Origin: an uncultured virus (IMG/VR IMGVR_UViG_3300015371_000022)
Lineage: Duplodnaviria; Heunggongvirae; Uroviricota; Caudoviricetes
Length of the DNA stretch: 64,000 bases
IMG/VR virus record: IMGVR_UViG_3300015371_000022
Reading direction: 5' to 3' (one strand)
Of the stretch, positions 48,754 through 63,575 are shown one piece after another. The position numbers and the translations under genes are program-made. Within the stretch, counting starts at the first letter, position 1. Every line of letters starts with the position of its first letter. The notes below the pieces were generated by a model. That model was not told the DNA's origin, did not search any database, and saw only the letters and a list, made by a program, of their open reading frames with translations.

Positions 48754-49297
48754 CACCTATTCAACTACCGGCTACGGCGCAACCCGCGAACATCGTCGTA
48801 CTGTGTCGGCAGAGGCGTTGCTTAAACGCTACATGGATAACGCGGATAACCCACACGATTGGGAAGAGCGCAACCGCATCAAGAATGAAATTACCGACTA
48901 TCTGCGTAGCAAGGAAGGTGAAGCCTATATCGAGACGGTGATCGAAGGCTGGTTCCAGAATGCGTACCGGCGTATGCTGTTCGATTATGCCCGCGGAGAC
49001 GGTAGCCTGCCTGATCGCAAGAAAAGACAAAAAGAGATTGAAGAAAAACAAGGTGAGATCGAGAAAGACATCGAAAAAGTCATTGATAGACGTGCTAAAC
49101 TTAAACTGCTCGACTTGATCATGCCAAATGGCAAGATGCTACGAAACTGCACAGGTAAAGAATGCAAGCAGTTAAGTACAAAGACCAGCACTTGGTTGGC
49201 TAAAATAGCTACCAAGGTTAAACCGACGGAGTTAGTCGGTGCTGTACTGAGCGAAGTACAAGTCCATAATTTATGGTCGAGCACTCGTGGCAAGTAA
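48746..49297 (+). CDS. Hypothetical protein
   Basis: 183 aa, AAGGAG RBS; MPNGKMLRNCTG motif; reduced GC. Confidence 0.6.
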   Translation: MTDTYSTTGYGATREHRRTVSAEALLKRYMDNADNPHDWEERNRIKNEITDYLRSKEGEAYIETVIEGWFQNAYRRMLFDYARGDGSLPDRKKRQKEIEEKQGEIEKDIEKVIDRRAKLKLLDLIMPNGKMLRNCTGKECKQLSTKTSTWLAKIATKVKPTELVGAVLSEVQVHNLWSSTRGK

Positions 49298-49706
49298 CGC
49301 ACGCGATTCAGATCCGACTACCAGTCATGCTACCAATCCGACGATCGAGTCGGATCTGAAAGCCGATCGCGCCAAAGTCAGGTTCTTCCATTACGGCTAT
49401 ATCCGCCGCGGGCTGACCGACTGGGAGCTCGACGACTTGTGCGGCGGGCACATGAACGGCCGCTGGCGCAAGCGACGTTGCGACCTCACCATCGGATCGA
49501 AAGCCCCAGGTGAGAAGATCCTGATCATGGCGCAGGATTGCCCAGGTTGGACCGGCGAGCACGAGCGTCGCAACCCGCGCACCAACAAATGGCAGAAGGT
49601 CTGGGTGGTCAGGCCACACCAGGAAGCGCCAGCAACAACCGGAACCGTCACAGAACAAGTTGCGTCTTACTTCTTCGGTGGGGCCGATGCTGGAGAAGAC
49701 AATTAA
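49287..49706 (+). CDS. Hypothetical protein (possible winged helix)
   Basis: ARDSDPTTSH...GLTDWEL...RKRRCDL pattern. Confidence 0.5.
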   Translation: MASNARDSDPTTSHATNPTIESDLKADRAKVRFFHYGYIRRGLTDWELDDLCGGHMNGRWRKRRCDLTIGSKAPGEKILIMAQDCPGWTGEHERRNPRTNKWQKVWVVRPHQEAPATTGTVTEQVASYFFGGADAGEDN

Positions 49707-50076
49707 GCTGGCGGTGAAGAAGCGCCTCAAGGAGATCGGGGCCTACCAGCACTGGCCGGTCCAAATGGGCATGGGCGAGCCTTGCCTGGATTGCCACGGC
49801 TGCTATTACGGCTATTACTTCGCCGTCGAGACCAAGGCTCCAGGCAAACACCCCACCAAGTTGCAATGGGTCACCATCAATAATATTCGTGCTGCTGGCG
49901 GCATTGTGTTCGTGATCGACAACGTGGAGGACGCGCGTGCCATCTTCGCCGATTGTACACCCGCCGTCGCAAAGCTTGCTCGTGCCCTACGACCGAATCT
50001 CCGCGTTGTGGCCGAACGCCCAGACGGTGAATTACCGCGGCGAAAAGTACGCCATCTTCCCCCATCATCCCTATAG
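49687..50076 (+). CDS. VRR-NUC nuclease / Holliday junction resolvase
   Basis: LEKTIK...FAVETKAPGKHPTKLQ...IRAAGGIVFVID. Confidence 0.8.
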   Translation: MLEKTIKLAVKKRLKEIGAYQHWPVQMGMGEPCLDCHGCYYGYYFAVETKAPGKHPTKLQWVTINNIRAAGGIVFVIDNVEDARAIFADCTPAVAKLARALRPNLRVVAERPDGELPRRKVRHLPPSSL

Positions 50077-51559
50077 CCAGATCCAGCTGCGCGCGGCCGA
50101 AGTCGAAGCGCCGGCTCCGATCTTATATTACTTCGACTGGAAGGCGGCCGACGGCGGCAAGCCGTTCGAGGTGCAAAAGCAAACCGCGGCGCTCGCCACC
50201 TCCTACCAAAGAGCCTACATTCTCAACGACATGGGCACCGGCAAGACCCGGGCCGCACTGTGGTCCTGGTACTACCTGCGGCAGGCCCATGTGGCCAAGA
50301 AGCTCCTGGTGGTGGCCCCCCTCAGCACCCTGAAATTCGTCTGGCTGCGGGAAATCTCCCTGATCATGCCGCAGATCAAAGCCGCCGTGCTGCATGGCAG
50401 CAAGAAACAGCGGCTCGAGGCGCTCGCCAGCGATGCCGAGATCTACATCATCAACCACGACGGCCTGAAAACCATCGTGCAGGAACTGCACGCGCGCAGC
50501 GATATCGACACGCTCATCCTGGATGAATTGGCCGTCTACAGAAACAATTCACAGAGATCTAAAAGAATGCGCGCGTTTGCCCCGCGATTCACATGGGTGT
50601 GGGGTATGACCGGCCGACCAATGCCGCAATCTCCTGTGGATGTCTGGGCGCAGTGCAAGATCCTCACCCCACACACCGTGCCGAAGTTCTACACCTGGGC
50701 GAAAACCGCGCTGATGCAACAGGTTGATCTATACAAATGGATCCCGCGGGCGGGCGCGATCGAGACCGCGTTCTCCTGGATGAAGCCGAGCGTGCGCTAC
50801 TCGCTCGATGACGTGGTGGAATTACCGGAAGCGATCTATCGCACCCTAGATGTGGAGATGAGCAACGAGCAAGCTACTACCTATAGAATGGTTGCAAACG
50901 AATACATCGCCTGGGTGAAAGATAAGCGGATAACTGCCGCCAACGCCGCGGTCGCGCTGGGCAAATTATTGCAGATCGGCTGCGGCTACGTGTACACTGT
51001 GTCTCCGGAATACGCGACTCTCGACTCAGGCCCGCGCCAGCAATTGCTGCTCGATCTGCTCGAGGAATCGGCGCACAAGGTTCTGGTCTTCTGTCCGTGG
51101 CGGCACTTGATCGATAACCTGTCAGCATTGCTGACTAATCCACCCGAGAAGCGCGAGCCAATCGAACATGCTGTGGTTCACGGTCAGACCTCTCTCAAGA
51201 AGCGCGGCGAGATCTTCTATGCGTTTCAAAACACCAGTCAGTACAAGGCATTGCTGGCGCACCCAGCATGCCTGCATCACGGCGTGACGCTGACGGCGGC
51301 AACCACCATCATCTGGTATTCGCCCGTTACGTCGCTGGAAATCTACGAGCAAGCCAACGCCCGCATCAGACGGGTGGGACAAAAAGAGAAACAGTTGTTC
51401 TTACACATCCAGTCAACGGCAGTGGAGAAAAAAGTCTATGCCATGCTGCGACAGAAGGCACGCATGCAGGACGCTTTTCTTGAGCTCATAAAAACGTCAA
51501 CCAGTGGAGTAGACCATGACACAGACGCAAATGAATGGACGGCCGTTGCGGCGGAGTAA
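49937..51559 (+). CDS. SNF2-like helicase
   Basis: DMGTGKT, LILDEL, MTGRP, HGVTLTAA, YEQANARIRRVGQ. Confidence 0.9.
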   Translation: MPSSPIVHPPSQSLLVPYDRISALWPNAQTVNYRGEKYAIFPHHPYSQIQLRAAEVEAPAPILYYFDWKAADGGKPFEVQKQTAALATSYQRAYILNDMGTGKTRAALWSWYYLRQAHVAKKLLVVAPLSTLKFVWLREISLIMPQIKAAVLHGSKKQRLEALASDAEIYIINHDGLKTIVQELHARSDIDTLILDELAVYRNNSQRSKRMRAFAPRFTWVWGMTGRPMPQSPVDVWAQCKILTPHTVPKFYTWAKTALMQQVDLYKWIPRAGAIETAFSWMKPSVRYSLDDVVELPEAIYRTLDVEMSNEQATTYRMVANEYIAWVKDKRITAANAAVALGKLLQIGCGYVYTVSPEYATLDSGPRQQLLLDLLEESAHKVLVFCPWRHLIDNLSALLTNPPEKREPIEHAVVHGQTSLKKRGEIFYAFQNTSQYKALLAHPACLHHGVTLTAATTIIWYSPVTSLEIYEQANARIRRVGQKEKQLFLHIQSTAVEKKVYAMLRQKARMQDAFLELIKTSTSGVDHDTDANEWTAVAAE

Positions 51560-51956
51560 ATACCGGCTCGACGAACTGGTCGAAGCCTATATCGATTGCC
51601 GCAGAATGATCGAATCGATCGAAGAGCGCCACAAGCAGGAGCTCGCCAAGCCGCGCAAACTGAAAGAAATGCTGACCGAACGCCTACTCGACATGCTGGC
51701 AGCCACCGGCCAGGAGATGGCCCGCACCAAGTTCGGCACGGTGTCGGCAGCCACCCGCGATACCGCCTCCTGCTCGGATCCCAACATCTTTGTCGATTAC
51801 GTCCGCGAGCACGATGCCTACGAGCTCATGGACCGTCGCCCCAACAGCACCGCCTGCCGTGCCTTCCTCGAGGAACATGGGGAATTGCCGCCCGGGGTGA
51901 AACTCAATGTCTTACAATATGTCAACGTGCGCGCAGCACACACGGAGGGTTCCTGA
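51516..51956 (+). CDS. Conserved phage replication-region coiled-coil protein
   Basis: LVEAYI..R...RTKFGTV...LPPGV pattern preceding the SSB. Confidence 0.6.
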   Translation: MTQTQMNGRPLRRSKYRLDELVEAYIDCRRMIESIEERHKQELAKPRKLKEMLTERLLDMLAATGQEMARTKFGTVSAATRDTASCSDPNIFVDYVREHDAYELMDRRPNSTACRAFLEEHGELPPGVKLNVLQYVNVRAAHTEGS

Positions 51957-52933
51957 TGCCTAGCACCAATGGAAAAATCGAAGTCGCCGAAGCCTTTCGA
52001 CATCTGCAGGTCCATCACGACTTCAACGACAACATCCAGGTCGGCTCCTTCCATCGCATCGGCATGAAGGGCAAGGTCTGGAAGCTCATTTCCGGCGGCG
52101 AGACCTACACTTTCATCCGCTCCGACGACGGCACCCCGCTGCCGACCCTCGACGTGGTGATCGTCGGTATCAACAAGGGGATATCTCGGCTGTATTACGC
52201 CGGTCAATACACCGAAGACTCCAATAACCCACCGACCTGCGCCTCGGTCGCCGGCATCGAGCCGGATCCCGGCGTGCCCATCCCGCAGTCCAAGACCTGC
52301 GGCGGCTGCCCGCACAGCCAGTGGAAGCCCAACCGCGGCGGCAAGGACTGCCAGGAGCACAAGCGAGTAGCGGTGCTACTCCTGCCCTACATGAAGACCA
52401 AGCCGATCCTGCCGGCTCCATTGATCGAGCCGGTGTTCCTCAAGATCCCGCCAGCATCGCTGAAAAAGTGGAAGGCCTATACCGACGACCTGCAGGCGCG
52501 CAACGCGCCGTTCCCGGCGGTGATCACCCGGATCACGTTCGAGCCCGACAAGCAGTTCGAGATGCGCTTCGACATGCTCAAGACACTGAAGAACGACGAC
52601 GCCAAGCTGGTGCTGCCGCTGCTCGAGGACGCCAAGACCAGCAACATCCTCGGCAGCATGGCGGAGTACAAGGCGATTGCCGCCCCCAAGATGGACGTGC
52701 CGGAGGATACCGGGCTCGCTGCTGCGTTCGGTCAGGCTGCACCCAGGGAGGAGACCTCGGTGACCTCGGTGGTGCCGGCCAAGCGCGGTCCAAAGCCGAA
52801 GCCAAAGAAGGAAGAGCCGGTCGAAGCCAAATCCGACGAAGGCGAGGAGGCCTCCTGGGAGGAGCCCCAGGATGAGAGTCTCGACAGCATGATGACCGAG
52901 GTGCTGAACAAAGCTGGCAAAGCAATGTCATAG
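51956..52933 (+). CDS. Probable ssDNA-binding / recombination protein
   Basis: ATG at 51956 with GGAGG; RLYYAGQY...PTCAS...CGGCPHSQW...GKDC...LKIPPASL; acidic C-terminal tail. Confidence 0.65.
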   Translation: MPSTNGKIEVAEAFRHLQVHHDFNDNIQVGSFHRIGMKGKVWKLISGGETYTFIRSDDGTPLPTLDVVIVGINKGISRLYYAGQYTEDSNNPPTCASVAGIEPDPGVPIPQSKTCGGCPHSQWKPNRGGKDCQEHKRVAVLLLPYMKTKPILPAPLIEPVFLKIPPASLKKWKAYTDDLQARNAPFPAVITRITFEPDKQFEMRFDMLKTLKNDDAKLVLPLLEDAKTSNILGSMAEYKAIAAPKMDVPEDTGLAAAFGQAAPREETSVTSVVPAKRGPKPKPKKEEPVEAKSDEGEEASWEEPQDESLDSMMTEVLNKAGKAMS

Positions 52934-52983
52934 TGCGTAGCGCGCCCAGGCATGGCTGGGCACTTGTTTGAAATGCGGCCCCC

Positions 52984-55932
52984 ATGGACGTTAAGCGGTT
53001 TCTCGCCACCGTGGTGGCGTGGGAGTCCGGTGGCTATATCACGGTCCACTGGTACCGATCGAGCGAGCATCGGTGGTTCGGGCGCTCGCACCGAACCATC
53101 GATGACGTCTTCGTCACCGTCGATGATCTCAAGACCAAACCGTATGACGTCTACTTCTGCCTCTCCACACAAACGGAGAACCGTGGGAGTCGTTCCCGCA
53201 AGAACGCCAAAGCGTTGCGGGCAGCGTGGATGGACTTCGACGTCGGGGCCGACGACCCCAAGAAGTACCCCTCGGTCCAAGCCGCGTTCAAGGCGCTGAT
53301 TGAGTTCTGCCAGCTGCTGGAGATTCCGTTCCCCTCGTTCGTGGTGCGCTCCGGCGGCGGTCTGCATGCCTACTGGTGCTCCGATCGCGACCTGACAGTC
53401 GCGGAATGGCAGCCCTATGCCGACCTGCTCAAGACCGCGGCGCGCGCCTGCAACCTGAAGATTGACTTCGCGGTCACCGGGGATGCTGCCCGCATCCTGC
53501 GCTTCCCAGGTACCTTCAACCACAAATACGGCGAGCCTCGACCGGTGGTGCTGGTCGAGGGCAGCAGCGGTGCCCAGTACAATTTCGAAGAGACGTTCAA
53601 AAAAATTTTCACTCAATTCAATGTATCGGTTGACCGACTCAAGGACAAAAAACCCATAGAAGTCGCGGATGCCTTCAAGCACCTGCCGGTCGAGCATGGC
53701 CTCAACGACAGCATCGTCATCCGGGAGGCTCCGCTCCTGCCGTTCGAGCCGATCAAGCACGAATGTGCGTGGCTGCGCGACGTGCATGAGACCGGCGGCG
53801 AGCACTACGACAATAATCTGTGGAATCAATCGGTGCTTTGCGCCACTTTTCTGGTCGACGGTCACGAACTGGCGCACGAGTTCTCCAACCGCTACCCGCG
53901 CTACCTGGTGGCGCAGACCGAGGATCTGTGGGAGCGCAAGAAGCGCGAGCGCGAGAACAATCCACAGCTGGGCTGGCCCGCCTGCAAGACCATCGAGGGC
54001 TACGGCTGCACGCTCTGCCTCGAGTGCAAACACCGCCAGCGCGGCAAGAGCCCGCTGTTGATCGGCTACGAGTCCATCCTCAACGAGCTCGTCGACAAAG
54101 AGATGAAGGATCTCGGCGGCGAGCGGCCGCCGGAACTGCGCCTGCCGGAAGGTTTCTGTCGCGACAAGCACGGCCGCATCTGTGCCTTCATCCCGACCAT
54201 GGCCGGCAAAGGCGACAAGATCGTCGCCGGCAAGCTCCTCTGGCTGTTCAGCAACCATGTGCGCGAGCCCAAGCTCGAGACCCAGGACAATATCGGCGGT
54301 ATCAGCTTCATGGTGGAGGCGACCCGCAACCAGTGGAACGAGGTCTACCTGAACACCGTCACGGTCGTCGGCGACCAGGGGCTGATCAAGGCACTGACAT
54401 CGCGCGGCGTGAACATCAATGCGGACAAAGAGGTCAAAGCCATGATCGAGCGTTTCGCCACTAGCTGGCTGGACAAGCTGAATATCGAGGACGTCCCCGC
54501 CGTGCGCGACGTCAGCATGGGCTGGCGCTACGAGCATGGTGAGATCATCGGCTTTGTCTACGGCGACAAGCTCTACCACGAGAACGGCACGGTGGTGCCG
54601 GTGGTGGGCGGCACCGACGACGAGTTCCGCTCCTGGTACAAGCCGACCGGCAAGCGCGAGGTCTGGGTGCGCGCCGCGCGGTTGTTGACAGATCGCAAGC
54701 GGCCGGAGCTCGACGTGCTGATCGCTGCCGCCTTTGCCGGCCCGCTCTGCGTGTTCGCCGGCACGCTCTATGGCCCGGTGTTGATCATCTGGGGCGAGCC
54801 GGGGACGGCCAAGAGCACCGCCCAGCAGGTAGCAAGCGCGGTCTATGGCCACCCCAAGCAAACTCGAGAGAGTCTCACCAGCACGGCTAAATCGATCCAG
54901 GGCCGGCTGGGGCGGGTGAAAAACCTGCCGGCGTACTGGGATGACGTGCAGGACGATCGCCACCTCGAGAAACTGTTCGACACCATGTTCGTCGCCAGCG
55001 AGGGGGCCGAGGGCGGCCGGCTCAATACCGACGCCAGCTACAAGGTTCGCCTGCAATGGCAGACCATCCTGGTGGCCTGCGCCAATGCCTCGTTCGTCGA
55101 GTACCTGGCGCGCAAGCAGAAGTCGACCACTGCCGGCATGCGACGCGTGTTCGAGATTGAGTTCAATCGGCAGACGGGGGGCGAGCCGGGGATGATCAAC
55201 GGACTGCAGGCCAGCCAGACCTTCGCGGAGTTGGAGCACCATTACGGCGTGATCGGACGGGAATACGCCGCCTTCCTGGGCCAGCGCCATCGTGATGTCG
55301 CAGCCCTGGTCAAGTGGGTGATCGACCGCTTCACCGCCAAGGTTGAAGCGACGATGGATGAATCGTACTGGGTGGGACTCTGTGGGGTGCTGATTGCCGG
55401 TGCCAAGCTGTCACAGCAATTCGGCTGCGAAATATCGTTACAACGATTGGAAGACTTCCTGGTCGCCAAGTTTCTCGAGAACCGCAAGATCCGGGCGACC
55501 GAGGGCACCGAGGGCGGCTCTTACGACAATACCGAGTACGCACTGACCGGGTTCTTGAACGAATATTTCGGCCACGGCAACTACGTCGTCACCCAGCGTG
55601 TGTTCGAGAACCGTCACACTGCGGTGGGGTTCATCTCCGGCCCCAATGTCGGTCGTCCGATCTATCTACAGATTTGTCGCGACGATCGCACCATCATTAT
55701 CTCCAAGCGCGCGTTCCGCAAACACCTGGACGATAACGACATTCGCACCCGGCAGGTGTTTGTCGGCTTGAGCAAGTACTTTAAAGCCAGAGAAGCCAAA
55801 GTGACACTGGGAGCCGGCACGCAGCATGCACAGACCCAGGAATTATGTTTCGTGGTCCCGGTCGAAGACGACAGGAACGCTCTATTCGACATTCTGGCGA
55901 TAAGGCACCCGGATCCGCCGAAGTCGGCTTGA
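52984..55932 (+). CDS. Primase-helicase (RepB'-like primase plus DUF927-type P-loop domain)
   Basis: WMDFD, SGGGLHAYW, DAARILRFPGTFN; Zn motif C...CLECKH; Walker A GEPGTAKS, YWDD. Confidence 0.85.
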   Translation: MDVKRFLATVVAWESGGYITVHWYRSSEHRWFGRSHRTIDDVFVTVDDLKTKPYDVYFCLSTQTENRGSRSRKNAKALRAAWMDFDVGADDPKKYPSVQAAFKALIEFCQLLEIPFPSFVVRSGGGLHAYWCSDRDLTVAEWQPYADLLKTAARACNLKIDFAVTGDAARILRFPGTFNHKYGEPRPVVLVEGSSGAQYNFEETFKKIFTQFNVSVDRLKDKKPIEVADAFKHLPVEHGLNDSIVIREAPLLPFEPIKHECAWLRDVHETGGEHYDNNLWNQSVLCATFLVDGHELAHEFSNRYPRYLVAQTEDLWERKKRERENNPQLGWPACKTIEGYGCTLCLECKHRQRGKSPLLIGYESILNELVDKEMKDLGGERPPELRLPEGFCRDKHGRICAFIPTMAGKGDKIVAGKLLWLFSNHVREPKLETQDNIGGISFMVEATRNQWNEVYLNTVTVVGDQGLIKALTSRGVNINADKEVKAMIERFATSWLDKLNIEDVPAVRDVSMGWRYEHGEIIGFVYGDKLYHENGTVVPVVGGTDDEFRSWYKPTGKREVWVRAARLLTDRKRPELDVLIAAAFAGPLCVFAGTLYGPVLIIWGEPGTAKSTAQQVASAVYGHPKQTRESLTSTAKSIQGRLGRVKNLPAYWDDVQDDRHLEKLFDTMFVASEGAEGGRLNTDASYKVRLQWQTILVACANASFVEYLARKQKSTTAGMRRVFEIEFNRQTGGEPGMINGLQASQTFAELEHHYGVIGREYAAFLGQRHRDVAALVKWVIDRFTAKVEATMDESYWVGLCGVLIAGAKLSQQFGCEISLQRLEDFLVAKFLENRKIRATEGTEGGSYDNTEYALTGFLNEYFGHGNYVVTQRVFENRHTAVGFISGPNVGRPIYLQICRDDRTIIISKRAFRKHLDDNDIRTRQVFVGLSKYFKAREAKVTLGAGTQHAQTQELCFVVPVEDDRNALFDILAIRHPDPPKSA

Positions 55933-55963
55933 CATTCTTAATTTAGTCGGGCCTTAATGTCGC

Positions 55964-55993
55964 CCCGGTCCCCAGGCTGATCCGGGGACCGGG
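55964..55993. other. 10-bp GC hairpin after the primase gene
   Basis: cccggtcccc-N10-ggggaccggg, flanked on both sides by TTGACA. Confidence 0.5.
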
Positions 55994-56025
55994 ACTTGAC
56001 ACGGTAACTGGCGCAAGCAGTCACA

Positions 56026-56703
56026 ATGTCCGATCGTCCTTATAACATATTTCTCGCCGGACCCGTCACACAAGGGTCGGCCTCATTGAAATTTCGCCGC
56101 GAACGTCGCCCCAATATCGGCGCTGCCTTGGCGCACAACTTCGCCGATGGCAAGTGGTACACGCTCACGACCATCGCAGAAAAGCTCAAGGTCGAGACCT
56201 CGCATGCCGAACGCACGCTGCTCGGCATGCAGTGGACCGGAGCCTATGGCTGCCGCGCGGAAAAGCGCCGCGGCAAAGAGGTGCAATGGAGAATCTTCAA
56301 ACTCGAGAAGAGCATTCCAGTGACGGAGCTCCTCTCTGAAATTCGCCCACTCGTACAGGCGCTTCGTATAGAGGGCCGGAAAAATATGGTGACTATGTCC
56401 CCAGCGACAGTCGCCGTACTCGCCGGCCGTCTCGAGAAGCTCCTTCAGAAGTGGTCGGATCGCTCGCTGCCGTCCGAATCCCGGCAGCGTGGTCGCCAGA
56501 AGGATTCGCTAAGAGGAGCCTCCCATGTCACAGGGAGATCTACTGCAGACGCCAGCTCTGGACCAACCCAGCTTCCGGCTGGTGAGATCCACGACCGTGC
56601 CGCTGACGCCAGAACTGGCGACACGGTTCGCAACAATGACCCCGAGTCCGACGGAACGCCCGCTGGACGAAAAGAGGGTGAAGTACCTCCGCGCCAAGAT
56701 TGA
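56026..56703 (+). CDS. Hypothetical protein with winged-helix-like region
   Basis: DGKWYTLTTIAEKLKVETSHAERTL; its C-terminal tail overlaps the next gene by 179 nt. Confidence 0.5.
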   Translation: MSDRPYNIFLAGPVTQGSASLKFRRERRPNIGAALAHNFADGKWYTLTTIAEKLKVETSHAERTLLGMQWTGAYGCRAEKRRGKEVQWRIFKLEKSIPVTELLSEIRPLVQALRIEGRKNMVTMSPATVAVLAGRLEKLLQKWSDRSLPSESRQRGRQKDSLRGASHVTGRSTADASSGPTQLPAGEIHDRAADARTGDTVRNNDPESDGTPAGRKEGEVPPRQD

Positions 56704-57454
56704 CGCGGGGCTCGCTGTCTCGTTCCAGTGGGCTTTCGCCAAATACGTCGACAAGCAAGGCCAGGAGTTCATCTACCGGATGAACGCCCAGCATTCATCG
56801 ACTGTGCTCAACGGCATGGACGGACAGATGCCGGAAGGACTGTTCGCACATGTCGACGAGTTCGAGGTGAACTCGCAAGAGGCGCTGGCACTACTGTTCC
56901 GTCAGTATGACGATCGCAAGAGTGCCAGATCGGTTGGCGATGTCTGCGGTGCCTATATGGGGATCTATCCCCCGCTGAACGATGTTCCACGCGACATCGG
57001 CAACATCGGCATGAAGGGCATCACCTGGTACAATAACCAGGTCGAGCGTCTCGGTGTACCCACTGGTGACGAAATCTACAGCCGTTTCTCGGATCGCGGT
57101 CTGTGGCCATTCTTCCACTGGCTCGCAGGCATCAACCCAACGGACGAGCTCAAGATCGTTGCCCTCGTGGGGGCGATGTTCGCAACCTTCAGTACTGACA
57201 AGGAGGCTGCGGAGGAGTTCTGGCGGCAAGTCTCGGAGGGTGGCATCGAGTTCGAAAATGACGCTCCGAGTTCGGCGCTCTACAATTGGCTCAAGGGTTC
57301 CTACGAGGGCACTCTGAATGTCAAAATCAAACCCGAAGGCTTCTTCCAGGGTGCGATCTTTTGTTGGAATGCCTATCGCGCTAATCGTACCGTGAATAAC
57401 ATCCGTTACGAGCGAGTGCGAACACCAACGGGCTTCCACAAAATCGCCAATTGA
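56525..57454 (+). CDS. ParB/Srx-like N-terminal domain protein
   Basis: LTPELA...ERPLDEKRVKYL...MNAQHS (variant of DGQHR)...YDDRKSARS; GAGGAG RBS. Confidence 0.6.
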   Translation: MSQGDLLQTPALDQPSFRLVRSTTVPLTPELATRFATMTPSPTERPLDEKRVKYLRAKIDAGLAVSFQWAFAKYVDKQGQEFIYRMNAQHSSTVLNGMDGQMPEGLFAHVDEFEVNSQEALALLFRQYDDRKSARSVGDVCGAYMGIYPPLNDVPRDIGNIGMKGITWYNNQVERLGVPTGDEIYSRFSDRGLWPFFHWLAGINPTDELKIVALVGAMFATFSTDKEAAEEFWRQVSEGGIEFENDAPSSALYNWLKGSYEGTLNVKIKPEGFFQGAIFCWNAYRANRTVNNIRYERVRTPTGFHKIAN

Positions 57455-57471
57455 GAACAAGCCGAAGGGTA

Positions 57472-57507
57472 GGAGCCCCTCGCCCTGGCGAGGGGCTCCG
57501 CTTTTTT
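57472..57507 (+). terminator. Intrinsic terminator at the convergence of early and late transcription
   Basis: ggagcccctcgcc-ct-ggcgaggggctcc followed by gc and T6. Confidence 0.8.
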
Positions 57508-57724
57508 ACGTCCGCGGCTTGATCGCCTTCTCCGACTTGGTATCCCCCTCGGCCTTGCTGAGGGGGTCTTTCTTGGCACCGTAGTCGCGCTTCTCGGTGT
57601 TGACCGGTGCCGTGAAGATGTTGGGGGTCTTGTAGAATTTCGAGGTCGAGTTGAAGCACTCGCCCCCCTGCGCGTACTTGGCACTGACCGGGCCTTTGCC
57701 CTTAGATCCTTCGCTCAGTCTCAT
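57506..57724 (-). CDS. Small basic hypothetical protein
   Basis: 72 aa with YAQGG motif, similar to the FAEGG of 19309-19551; ATGA coupling. Confidence 0.5.
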   Translation of the reverse strand: MRLSEGSKGKGPVSAKYAQGGECFNSTSKFYKTPNIFTAPVNTEKRDYGAKKDPLSKAEGDTKSEKAIKPRT

Positions 57725-57887
57725 TTGCGTTTTCCTTTCGGTTTCGACATCCCTGCCTCCGACAACGCGATCGCGACTGCCTGTTTACGGTTGGTCACCA
57801 CCTTGCCGGTGCCGCCGGAATGCAGCTTGCCCTGCTTGAACCGCCGCATCTCCTGCTCGACGCCTTTCTGTCCCTTGGCTACTGGCA

Positions 57888-57888
<1 letters not shown>
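57721..57888 (-). CDS. DUF6496-like small basic protein (55 aa; not in ORF track)
   Basis: MRRFKQGKLHSGGTGKVVTNRKQAVAIALSEAG; TAATG overlap with the giant gene. Confidence 0.7.
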
Positions 57889-63572
<5,684 letters not shown>

Positions 63573-63575
63573 GGC

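Noticed and set aside
51596..51955. N-terminal extension of the 445-aa ORF
   Set aside because: Overlaps the 51516-51956 gene out of frame; ATG 51956 with GGAGG is the better start
52732..55290. 852-aa minus-strand ORF
   Set aside because: Antisense shadow of the primase-helicase and SSB; no motifs; expected in high-GC coding DNA
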